DNA of 63,268 bases from NCBI GenBank assembly GCA_964404515.1, contig CAYOKE010000001.1:1-63268 (forward strand). The letters run 5' to 3'. This document shows, piece after piece, positions 23,359 through 31,506 of this stretch. The notes below the pieces were generated by a model that was not told where the DNA came from, made no database searches, and saw only the letters and a program-made list of their open reading frames with translations. The position numbers and the translations under genes were made by a program. Each line of letters begins with the position of its first letter. The stretch's first letter is position 1. This DNA comes from an uncultured Gammaproteobacteria bacterium (GTDB lineage Bacteria; Patescibacteriota; Patescibacteriia; Patescibacteriales; UBA12465).

Positions 23359-25729
23359 ATTCGTCTAACTTGGCCGGCAAAAGCCCGATGGGCGCTAATT
23401 GCCTGGCCATCTCATAATATTTTTCTGCCTCTATGCGCACCTCGGCTTCACCCCCTGCCCATGCGCTTTCTTGCTCAGCCGCTTGGTACAAAAGAGCGAC
23501 TGCCAAGGGCCAATGGTAATCGACCGGATTGCGCTTCCAGCCGTACTGGTTGTACTCGATAGCCCCAGCTAGATCACCCCGCAGATAATAGGTGTCGGCA
23601 ATCTTTTTCAATATCGTAAAATCCGACGGCCAAGATCGATAAGCAGCCTGATAATGTCTTTCTGCCCCGACAAAATCATTCCTTCGCTGGCAGACGTCTC
23701 CCAAATTCCTATTAATAAAGGCCAGATACTGGGCCGCAACCTGATAATGCCGATCATTCAGGCGCGAGTCGCTAAGGCGAGGTAAGTTTAAAATGGCTAG
23801 ATAATAGCTAACAGCGGCTCCTTTGAGATCGCCGGTCCTTTCCAGGGCCTGGGCTTGCGCGATATAGGCTTTCGGCCAATGGGGAGTTAGCTTAGTTAGC
23901 CGGTCGAAACACTCTCCGGCCTTAACCGAGTTCCCTAAGCTTCCTTGGATCTCGCCCTGGGCTAATAAATCGCGGTAACCCTGATCATCAAGCCGGCTAG
24001 ATAATTCTTTCAACTTGCCGGCCACTATCCCTTTGGCCGCTAGATCGCTGATATTAGGGTAGAAGTCGGATAGCTTTTCCGCCAAGAACCAATCATAATA
24101 TTCTTGATTATTCGGCGTCGGACTTTCTGCCTCCAAATAATCGCTCAAGACCAGAGCCGACAGGTAATCACCCTCACCCAGGGAATAATAGAGCTTATCG
24201 AAATAATAATCGGCCCGCCAAGAACGGAATTGCCAGCTGATGAGATAGACGCAAAAAATGATGAGTAATAAGCCGAGGGTGGTTACGGCTGCCAACCCGC
24301 CTTTTGATCTACCAGAAGGAACACCCGGAGAAAATTGGATGATCCGGTCAGAAGAATGGTCAATGGCAACGAGTAGCGCCAAGAATGACCAAAAATATAT
24401 CTCCCCAGCGCTGGTCGGGAAGCTGAAAAGAAGTGAAAGCAGATAAGCCGTAGCGCCGAAGACGAGTGCCTGATTCAAGATTGGTACAACCTTTCCCTGC
24501 CGGCGCCTCCAAGCCAGGGAGAAGAAAAAATAATAGAAGGACGAGAAAAGCGCTAAACCAATTAATCCGGTCGTCAGCAAGATATCAAGTACTAGATTAT
24601 GGGCCTGGCCAGTAGAAGCGCCAGCATCGCCATAGACCCCCCAATCCGGCTCATAATACTGGATGAAGATTTCCGGGCCATTCTCTAGACCGTAGCCGGT
24701 TAAAGGTCTTTGGCTGATAGCATCGACCGCTGCCTGATAAAAATTAAGGCGTGCCGCTACGCTGCCGGACTGATAATCAAAAAGCGACTGGAAACGGCCG
24801 GGCGAAAAGGCTTCGAGTAGCAAGAAAAGCAGGGCGGCTACGGCCAAGCCGGCGATGATAATGGCCGCTTTCTTCCGCCTGCCCAATTCTGAGCGCCACA
24901 AGAATATTAGAAAAAACAAGGCAGCAGCTATTAGCAAGGCTAAGAGCGCACCGCGGCTAGCCGTGAAAATCAGGGCAGCCAGGGAAAATAGAGCGGCAAA
25001 CGACCAAAAGAGTTTCTTTGGGAAAATCCGGGCTTGACTAATTAGATAGAAGTTTAGAGGGATAATCAACAGCAGGAAAGAGGCCAGGAAATTCGGCTGG
25101 CCAAAGCTGGATGTCACCCGCCCTCCTTCCCAAGCCTCGTCAGCCCAATGAATGAAATCTATTCCGAGGGCCTGGAGGCAACTATAGACCGAAACTATCA
25201 ACCCACTTAGGGCGGCAGTAACTACTAGCCGATTAATCTTGGCGGATAAAACTGCCTCGCCATGACGGCGGTCAGAAGCTATTAGGTTGAAAGATAATAG
25301 GACGAGCCACAAGAAACAAAAAAAATAACTGAGCCAGCCGGCCTGCCAGTCATAAGAACCATAGAAACTGCGTACTGGGTCAATAGAAAAAATTAAAGAT
25401 AAAGCCAGGCCAGCGATTAGCACCAAGGGCACCAACCAATATTTCCTAACTAGCCGTACCCATGGCTTCCGGGTTCCAGCGCCAAAATAGGCTGGCCAAA
25501 AGAAAACTAATTTTAGGCCAGTCAGGAGCAAGAGCAATAAAACCAAAACTCTGAACAGGCTTATCTTATTGAATTCAAAGATGTTATAGGTCGGGAAAAG
25601 GTAAGCAAACCAGATTGGCAGCAAAAAAATGACTGCCAGGCAAACTGCTTCTATCATTAAATCCAGGACCTCGGAGCCAGAGACGGCGGCGAAACGGCCA
25701 TTCGATTTTAATCTCAATCCTCTTAGCAT
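23348..25729 (-). CDS. O-antigen-ligase-like (Wzy_C-type) polytopic membrane protein fused to C-terminal TPR repeats
   Basis: 793 aa with about 12 TM helices. Wzy_C-like motifs TASRGALLALLIAAALFF and AHNLVLDILLTTGLIGLALF. The C-terminal ~300 aa are TPR-like (AYIAQAQALERTGDLKGAAVSYYLA, AERHYQAAYRSWPSD). Confidence 0.7.
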   Translation of the reverse strand: MLRGLRLKSNGRFAAVSGSEVLDLMIEAVCLAVIFLLPIWFAYLFPTYNIFEFNKISLFRVLVLLLLLLTGLKLVFFWPAYFGAGTRKPWVRLVRKYWLVPLVLIAGLALSLIFSIDPVRSFYGSYDWQAGWLSYFFCFLWLVLLSFNLIASDRRHGEAVLSAKINRLVVTAALSGLIVSVYSCLQALGIDFIHWADEAWEGGRVTSSFGQPNFLASFLLLIIPLNFYLISQARIFPKKLFWSFAALFSLAALIFTASRGALLALLIAAALFFLIFLWRSELGRRKKAAIIIAGLAVAALLFLLLEAFSPGRFQSLFDYQSGSVAARLNFYQAAVDAISQRPLTGYGLENGPEIFIQYYEPDWGVYGDAGASTGQAHNLVLDILLTTGLIGLALFSSFYYFFFSLAWRRRQGKVVPILNQALVFGATAYLLSLLFSFPTSAGEIYFWSFLALLVAIDHSSDRIIQFSPGVPSGRSKGGLAAVTTLGLLLIIFCVYLISWQFRSWRADYYFDKLYYSLGEGDYLSALVLSDYLEAESPTPNNQEYYDWFLAEKLSDFYPNISDLAAKGIVAGKLKELSSRLDDQGYRDLLAQGEIQGSLGNSVKAGECFDRLTKLTPHWPKAYIAQAQALERTGDLKGAAVSYYLAILNLPRLSDSRLNDRHYQVAAQYLAFINRNLGDVCQRRNDFVGAERHYQAAYRSWPSDFTILKKIADTYYLRGDLAGAIEYNQYGWKRNPVDYHWPLAVALLYQAAEQESAWAGGEAEVRIEAEKYYEMARQLAPIGLLPAKLDEYGK

Positions 25730-25797
25730 AATATCATTATAGCAAAATAAAAAAGAGCTTAAAACAGCTCTTTTTTATATTAAATTAGCCAATTTCT

Positions 25798-26706
25798 TTA
25801 TTTGTTCCGCCTGGTTGCCTTGTCCCAAATAACTAAAGCCGGGCTAGCGATGAAGATCGAGCTATAAGTACCGATAAATATGCCGATGATAAGAGCGAGG
25901 GCAAAGTCTTTGATTGTCGTCCCGCCAAGGAATAAGACTGCCAATAGGGCTAATATGGCGGAGAAGGAGGTATTGATGGAGCGGGTTAGCGTCTGGTTGA
26001 TGCTGCGATTAACCGTATTCTCGAAATCTTCCTGGCTTTTAGGCAAATTCTCGCGGATTCGGTCGAATACGATAATCGTATCGCTGACGCTGTAACCCAG
26101 GACTGTCAGGACGGCAGCGATGAAAGGCGTATTGACCTCTACGCCATAGAAATGGCCAAGAACGGAAAAGATGCCGAGGATGAAAAGGATGTCGTGGACA
26201 AGAGCGATGATAGCGGCTACGCCGTATTTCCAGGAAGCGACCGGCTTGGAAACTTTGCGGAAAGCGAAAGAGATATAGATGATAATCATGATGAAGACAA
26301 TCGCCGTCGCATTGAAAGATTTGTTCTTGAGCTCCTGGCCGATAGAAGGACCGACCGCATCGAATTGCAATTCCTTGAAGGAAGCACCATCCTTAGTCTT
26401 AACAAGCTCTTGGAATTTTTTGGTTACCAACTGATGCGCTTCTTCTGTATTCTCTTGGAAACGTAGGATCGTCGAATCTTCCGTCGGCTGGATAACCAGA
26501 TTATGGAGATTAGCATCCTTTAAGCTGTCCTGGATTTCAGTTATCGTTGGTTGGTAATTCTTAAACTCTACTTCCATCAAGCTGCCACCAGTGAAATCGA
26601 TGCCGAACTTGAGCCCCCAAAAGGCTAGAGCAAGAATCGAAGCAACAACGGCTAAAGTCGAGATGGAGAGGAATATTTTCCTTTTTTGGGTTATCCGATA
26701 AATCAT
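25798..26706 (-). CDS. secF: Protein translocase subunit SecF
   Basis: Conserved SecF pattern (GIDFTGGSLMEV, VLGYSVSDTIIVFDRIREN). I prefer the start at Met20 (MIYRITQK, nt 26706) because the ORF-track start at 26763 would overlap secD. Confidence 0.9.
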   Translation of the reverse strand: MIYRITQKRKIFLSISTLAVVASILALAFWGLKFGIDFTGGSLMEVEFKNYQPTITEIQDSLKDANLHNLVIQPTEDSTILRFQENTEEAHQLVTKKFQELVKTKDGASFKELQFDAVGPSIGQELKNKSFNATAIVFIMIIIYISFAFRKVSKPVASWKYGVAAIIALVHDILFILGIFSVLGHFYGVEVNTPFIAAVLTVLGYSVSDTIIVFDRIRENLPKSQEDFENTVNRSINQTLTRSINTSFSAILALLAVLFLGGTTIKDFALALIIGIFIGTYSSIFIASPALVIWDKATRRNK

Positions 26707-26725
26707 ATTTTTATTATTATTCTCT

Positions 26726-28294
26726 TTATAATTGTTTATCTTCCTCTTTCTGCCGCCTAACACCTAGCAGCCAGGTCCTCTTCTCCAGCCAATCTCCTAG
26801 GATGATGACAAACAGAGTGTGGGTGATGACGATAGCGCTGAACAGGGAAACAGCGATACCAATAAAGAGCGTCGTGCCGAAGCCCTGGACCGTAGAAGTG
26901 CCAAAGAAAATCAGGATCAAACAAGTGATAATGGTCGAGACGTTGCCGTCGCGAATCGACGGCCAAGCGCGCTTAAAGCCGTTGTCAACCGCCTGGCTGA
27001 CTGATTTTCCGGACCTCAGCTCCTCCCTAGTACGGGCAAAGATTAGGATATTAGCATCCACCGCCATGCCGACGGACAGGATGAAACCGGCGATTCCTGA
27101 TAAAGAAAGCGTAATCGGCTTGATAGCATAAATAAAAAGCAAGATACCAATAACCGCGAACAGTAGAGCTAAAGTGCCGTTAAATATCTTAATCTCATTG
27201 AAAGTATAGAAAATCAAGCCGACCATAATAACAATCATTATGAGGGCGAGCCAGACCGGCAAAGCCTTAAAGATAGCCAGGACGGTCAAGCCATAAACGA
27301 GCAACGAGACAACCGATAATAAGCCGGGTAGACGGTAATATAGGATCATGAATAAAGAAACCAGCAGCAAACCGATGATACCGGCCTGCAAACTGTTGCT
27401 AATCGATTTCGAACCCAAACTAGCTTCGACCGTCTTCTGGGAAATCAGGGATATCGGTACGGGCAAAGCACCGGAATTCAGGCGTTTAACCAGGAGCTTA
27501 GCTTCTTCAACATTAAAACGACCGGAAATCACTGCCTTGCCGTCGGTTATTTTGTCATTAACCATCGGAACACTAATTGCATAACCATCCAGGAAGATAG
27601 CAACCGGTTTGCCGATATTACGACCGGTGATATCCGCAAAAAGCTGGCCGCCTTCCGAATCAAACTCTAAAGAGACCTCGGGAGAGCCGTCATTCTGGTT
27701 GAACTGCAAAGATGCTCGCTTGAGATTCTTGCCGGTCAGGTTGGTATTCTTCCAGGATTGCGTCAGGTTCAAATCGACAGTCGGAGTCGAGGAAGCATCT
27801 TGGGCTGGGATGACTATATTATTATCGGCCTGCTCCTTGAATTCCAAAATAGGAGTTTCGCCAATGATCTTAATCGCTTCATTGACATCCTTGACACCAG
27901 CTAATTCAGCGATAATCCGATAATCTCCGCCCGCGCTATGGTTAACCTGGACTAGCGGCTCGCTGACGCCAAAGGCGTTGACCCGGCGTTCGATGATATC
28001 ACGTGCCGCTTCCAATGCGCCCGGCCGATCGGCTTCCGGGATATTGCTAACATCCGCCTTATAGGCCAAATGGGTGCCACCCTGAAGGTCTAGCCCCAAG
28101 CTAAACGGCAATTCCTTTACTAGCGGCAGAATAACGATACCCTTAGTCTTGGATTCCAGGCTCTTGGAAAAACGGTTATAAAAATTGCCACCCACGGAAA
28201 GCCCGACCATGACCGCAAAGACCACTATTACTCCTAAGATCCACCAGGCCTTAGCCCGGATTGAAAGCTTTGAGAATTTTTGCGTAAGAGACAT
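26726..28294 (-). CDS. secD: Protein translocase subunit SecD
   Basis: 522 aa. LGLDLQGGTHL, periplasmic domain, C-terminal 6-TM bundle with GMAVDANILIFAR. Confidence 0.9.
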   Translation of the reverse strand: MSLTQKFSKLSIRAKAWWILGVIVVFAVMVGLSVGGNFYNRFSKSLESKTKGIVILPLVKELPFSLGLDLQGGTHLAYKADVSNIPEADRPGALEAARDIIERRVNAFGVSEPLVQVNHSAGGDYRIIAELAGVKDVNEAIKIIGETPILEFKEQADNNIVIPAQDASSTPTVDLNLTQSWKNTNLTGKNLKRASLQFNQNDGSPEVSLEFDSEGGQLFADITGRNIGKPVAIFLDGYAISVPMVNDKITDGKAVISGRFNVEEAKLLVKRLNSGALPVPISLISQKTVEASLGSKSISNSLQAGIIGLLLVSLFMILYYRLPGLLSVVSLLVYGLTVLAIFKALPVWLALIMIVIMVGLIFYTFNEIKIFNGTLALLFAVIGILLFIYAIKPITLSLSGIAGFILSVGMAVDANILIFARTREELRSGKSVSQAVDNGFKRAWPSIRDGNVSTIITCLILIFFGTSTVQGFGTTLFIGIAVSLFSAIVITHTLFVIILGDWLEKRTWLLGVRRQKEEDKQL

Positions 28295-28383
28295 AAATTT
28301 TGGTAGATAGGCTAAAAAATATTTATTTTATTTAAACATTAGTAAATCTTAGAACAACTAAAAATAAAAAGCAAGAGGCTATC

Positions 28384-28412
28384 TTTACAAAAAACACGAT
28401 TTTATTTATAAT
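28384..28412 (+). promoter_or_regulatory. Candidate sigma70 promoter of clpP
   Basis: TTTACA (28384-28389), 17-nt spacer, TATAAT (28407-28412), about 58 nt upstream of the clpP ATG. Confidence 0.55.
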
Positions 28413-28416
28413 ATTC

Positions 28417-28434
28417 TTAGTTAAATTTAACTAA
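28417..28434 (+). promoter_or_regulatory. Perfect 18-bp palindrome overlapping the predicted clpP transcription start (candidate operator)
   Basis: TTAGTTAAATTTAACTAA is self-complementary over all 18 nt and starts 5 nt after the -10 box. Confidence 0.45.
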
Positions 28435-28469
28435 TTTAAAGCGGTTTCGGGCCGCTTATTGAATCTAAT

Positions 28470-29048
28470 ATGCCTCTAATACCTACTGTCATCGAGAAGG
28501 AAGGCCAGACCGAACGCGCTTATGACATCTATTCCCGCCTCCTCAAGGACCGGATAGTCTTCCTGGGCGAGCCGATCGATGACCACACGGCCAATATCAT
28601 CATCGCCCAGCTGCTATTCTTGGACGCGGAAAACAGCGACAAGGATATCAAGTTCTATATCAACTCCCCGGGCGGGTCAGTTTCGGCTGGGTTAGCGATT
28701 TACGACACCATGCAATATATAAAGTCTCCGGTCTCAACGATTTGCATCGGCTTAGCCGCTTCTATGGCCTCCGTCCTCCTGGCAGCCGGTGCTCCCGGCA
28801 AGCGTTTCGCTCTGCCAAATAGCGAAATCATGATCCATCAGATTATGGGCGGCGCTGAAGGCCAAGCCTCTGATATTAAGATCCGGGCCGAGCACATCCT
28901 GAAAATCAAGGATAAAATGAATAAGATCTTGGCCGCCCACACTGGCCAGAAGGTAGCGACAATCGAGAAAGACAGCGACCGGGATTATTTCATGAGCGCA
29001 GAAGAAGCCGAAGAATACGGGTTGATAGATAAAATCATTAAAAAATAA
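28470..29048 (+). CDS. clpP: ATP-dependent Clp protease proteolytic subunit
   Basis: 192 aa. Active-site Ser context [14 protein letters not shown] and His context IMIHQ. High overall similarity to bacterial ClpP. Confidence 0.95.
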   Translation: MPLIPTVIEKEGQTERAYDIYSRLLKDRIVFLGEPIDDHTANIIIAQLLFLDAENSDKDIKFYINSPGGSVSAGLAIYDTMQYIKSPVSTICIGLAASMASVLLAAGAPGKRFALPNSEIMIHQIMGGAEGQASDIKIRAEHILKIKDKMNKILAAHTGQKVATIEKDSDRDYFMSAEEAEEYGLIDKIIKK

Positions 29049-29060
29049 ACCAATAACAAT

Positions 29061-29094
29061 AAAACTCCCTTTATTGGGAGTTTTTTGTTTTTTT
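29061..29094. terminator. Bidirectional rho-independent terminator between the convergent clpP and the 349-aa surface-protein gene
   Basis: AAAACTCCC-tttatt-GGGAGTTTT followed by TTGTTTTTTT. The A-run on the other side would serve the minus-strand gene. Confidence 0.7.
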
Positions 29095-29104
29095 GACCTA
29101 TCTA

Positions 29105-30154
29105 CTACTGCTTGATAAAGAAGGAATTGATCATCAACCCGAAAATATTAGGATAAGCGACGCGATCATCAACGGCCGGGATATAAGAGATGACATAGAT
29201 ATTCTTACGGTCCTGGCCGGTCAGATAAAAATTCAACCCATCTTCGCCCATTACGCCCTCCCAGCCATCGGCGCTCTTGAGTTTATCATAAGTGACGACG
29301 ATATCCGGGAAAGAAGTTTCATACCAACCCAGGATGCTCTGCTTATCAGCGTTGTCCTGGATGGAAATCTGGACCAAAGAGTTATCCGGCGCCGTAAATA
29401 TCATGGTCGTTTCGTTATTTAGGGCTTTAACCGGCCAAGACTTGGGATAGAGGAGTTCATAGCCGTAAACCTTATCCTGATAACGCGCTAAATTCTCATT
29501 AGCTGATAACCGTCCCGAGCCGCTGGGATTATAATTGTTATTCACTTCCACCAAATCTTGGTAGCTGTTGCCGTTGGTATCTGTCGATGAAGCGTTGGTC
29601 CCTAAAGCCGTTTCTTCGTCATCGAAAAGACCGTCCCCGTCGGTATCAAGGAGTGGCGGTAGACTAGAAACGGAGCTAGTAGCCGAAGCCGAGGTGCCTG
29701 GGTTAAGGTCGATAATCTCAATTGGCACGGTTGAAGTGACAACCGATGTCGTGGTGGTTGGGACAATCCCCGACGTCGTCGCTGTCTTGGCCTGGCTAGG
29801 CGGCTGGTTAGAGCTAGCCAGGATATCCGGGGCACTAGTCTTAGCCGCCGGCTTAATAATGAAACGGTAGCTGATATAAACTAAAGAACTAATTACTACC
29901 AAACCTCCAATAATAATCAGCAGCCCGACCGCTTTAAAATTATTCTTGGCCGGAGCTACCATCCCTGATGAGCCGACTGGGGCTTTCACGGCCGCTGGGC
30001 CGGACGCCACAAAACGCGACTGGCTAGGCATATTATGGATTATAATCTCCTGGTCGACTTTGGCGGAATTATCCTGCTCTTTATTCTCCTTATTGTTCTT
30101 CAGTATATTGCGGCGCATAGCGTTAATTGAAAAGCAAGAAGGCAACCAAGGCAA
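29105..30154 (-). CDS. Single-pass membrane protein with an S/T/P-rich stalk, a thrombospondin-type-3-like Ca-binding repeat and a C-terminal globular domain
   Basis: 349-aa ORF (a likelier start is MRRNIL at ~30118). TM GLLIIIGGLVVISSLVYISY, T/S-rich linker, DTDGDGLFDDEE, YNPSGSGRL motif, then a ~140-aa beta-rich domain. Confidence 0.65.
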   Translation of the reverse strand: MPWLPSCFSINAMRRNILKNNKENKEQDNSAKVDQEIIIHNMPSQSRFVASGPAAVKAPVGSSGMVAPAKNNFKAVGLLIIIGGLVVISSLVYISYRFIIKPAAKTSAPDILASSNQPPSQAKTATTSGIVPTTTTSVVTSTVPIEIIDLNPGTSASATSSVSSLPPLLDTDGDGLFDDEETALGTNASSTDTNGNSYQDLVEVNNNYNPSGSGRLSANENLARYQDKVYGYELLYPKSWPVKALNNETTMIFTAPDNSLVQISIQDNADKQSILGWYETSFPDIVVTYDKLKSADGWEGVMGEDGLNFYLTGQDRKNIYVISYIPAVDDRVAYPNIFGLMINSFFIKQ

Positions 30155-30329
30155 ACAAACAGAAAATCAATATGCCCAAAAGCAGCCATTTACGAAAATG
30201 GCTGGTAGAGGTCTGCGGCATGGTATGAAGGCTCAGTGACAGGCGCGGCAAGGATTTGGCATTAGGGAAAAGGTTCGGCCGCGGTCGGGCTTTATTGTTC
30301 TGCGGAGTATTGATCATAAGGGATATTTT

Positions 30330-31058
30330 TTAGCGGTTGCCGGATAATTTCCCTGCCCCATTCGGATTATAACCATTCTTGACTTCAGCGCCGTCTAGAT
30401 AGCCGTCGCCGTCGGAATCGGAATTCAGAGGATTAGTCTGGTAAATCCGCACTTCCTCATAATCATTTAAGCCGTCATGGTCGGTATCAGAGACATTATA
30501 GTTCGTATGATATTCTTTTTGCTCCTCGCTATCGGTCAAACCGTCATTATCCGTATCGACGATCGGTTCGGTAGCAGTTGCTACGACTGTAGTCGTCGCT
30601 AAGGGGACATTAACGCCCGGTATCTCCGGAATCTGACTGGCTGGGCTAGTGGAAGAGGCGGAAAGGCTCGGCTGCTGTTCATTATCATTAGTTTTCACCT
30701 CCGGAGTAGCCGTTGCTTTGGGTTTAGCAACAATATCAGTATTAGTCGCTTTCTTGCCGTTTAGAACCTTGGTGTCAGTCGCAAAGTCGCTAGTGGCCTT
30801 GAAAAACCGTTCATAGACTAGATATCCGACTAGAACCAAAATAACTGCGCCAACAACGATCAGAGTAATTGTCAGCCATTTAGCGCCGCGTTTTTTCTCG
30901 GGCTCTTCTGCAACCAAGTTTTCAGCAGCGGTCAAGCCAACTTTCTTAGCTTCTATCTCCGACGGCGACGAGGGATTATCCTGGGACTTGTCTGTTTCGG
31001 CGAAAATATCGTCTACTGCCGGCCGGCCGGGCTTCTGATTATTCAGATCATTGAACAT
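30330..31058 (-). CDS. Single-pass membrane protein with three thrombospondin-type-3-like Ca-binding repeats
   Basis: 242 aa. TM LTITLIVVGAVILVLVGYLVY, S/T/P linker, DTDNDGLTDSEE, DTDHDGLNDYEE, DSDGDGYLDGAE. Ends GYNPNGAGKL, paralogous to the neighbouring gene. Confidence 0.65.
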   Translation of the reverse strand: MFNDLNNQKPGRPAVDDIFAETDKSQDNPSSPSEIEAKKVGLTAAENLVAEEPEKKRGAKWLTITLIVVGAVILVLVGYLVYERFFKATSDFATDTKVLNGKKATNTDIVAKPKATATPEVKTNDNEQQPSLSASSTSPASQIPEIPGVNVPLATTTVVATATEPIVDTDNDGLTDSEEQKEYHTNYNVSDTDHDGLNDYEEVRIYQTNPLNSDSDGDGYLDGAEVKNGYNPNGAGKLSGNR

Positions 31059-31119
31059 AGATTATGGATTATTAATATTTTAATTATAAACAATCTTCCT
31101 TATCCTGGCCAGACCGGGC

Positions 31120-31446
31120 TTATTTCTGACGCGGGCTAATTGTCTTCAATTGCGCTGCCGGATCAGTGATGATCTCGCTATCATTCTTAATAATCTTATA
31201 AACCGCGGCTTCGCCCTTATCACCCCTGGTCAGGACCTGGATCTTCAATTCGTCAGAAATTCCTAATTGCGCCTTCTCTTCTTGTCCCATAAACTGTGGT
31301 ACATAAGGAGCGGCCGGTTGGTTAGGATTGCCCGGTTGATTATTATCGGTAACCGTCGTCTGGGAGAGCCGCCAAATGATCAAGATGGCGATAGTAATGA
31401 TGAGGATGGCGGCGGAAATGATGATTATGGTCTTTTTATTTCTCAT
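31120..31446 (-). CDS. Small N-terminally anchored protein, unknown function
   Basis: 108-aa ORF with one N-terminal hydrophobic helix (IIIISAAILIITIAILIIW). Confidence 0.45.
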   Translation of the reverse strand: MRNKKTIIIISAAILIITIAILIIWRLSQTTVTDNNQPGNPNQPAAPYVPQFMGQEEKAQLGISDELKIQVLTRGDKGEAAVYKIIKNDSEIITDPAAQLKTISPRQK

Positions 31447-31506
31447 ATTTTTCTCTAATCGAAAATATTTTCTGCAGTGCTAAACCTAAGCGATACAACA
31501 TTGCTA

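Noticed and set aside
28417-28434. A CIRCE (HrcA) element upstream of clpP
   Set aside because: The palindrome TTAGTTAAATTTAACTAA shares only the TTAG/CTAA ends with TTAGCACTC-N9-GAGTGCTAA, and the spacing is wrong.
30123-30317. 64-aa minus-strand ORF between the two TSP3-repeat genes
   Set aside because: It is short, overlaps the 5' end of the 349-aa ORF and has no motifs. This is more likely an untranslated leader or an alternative start region.
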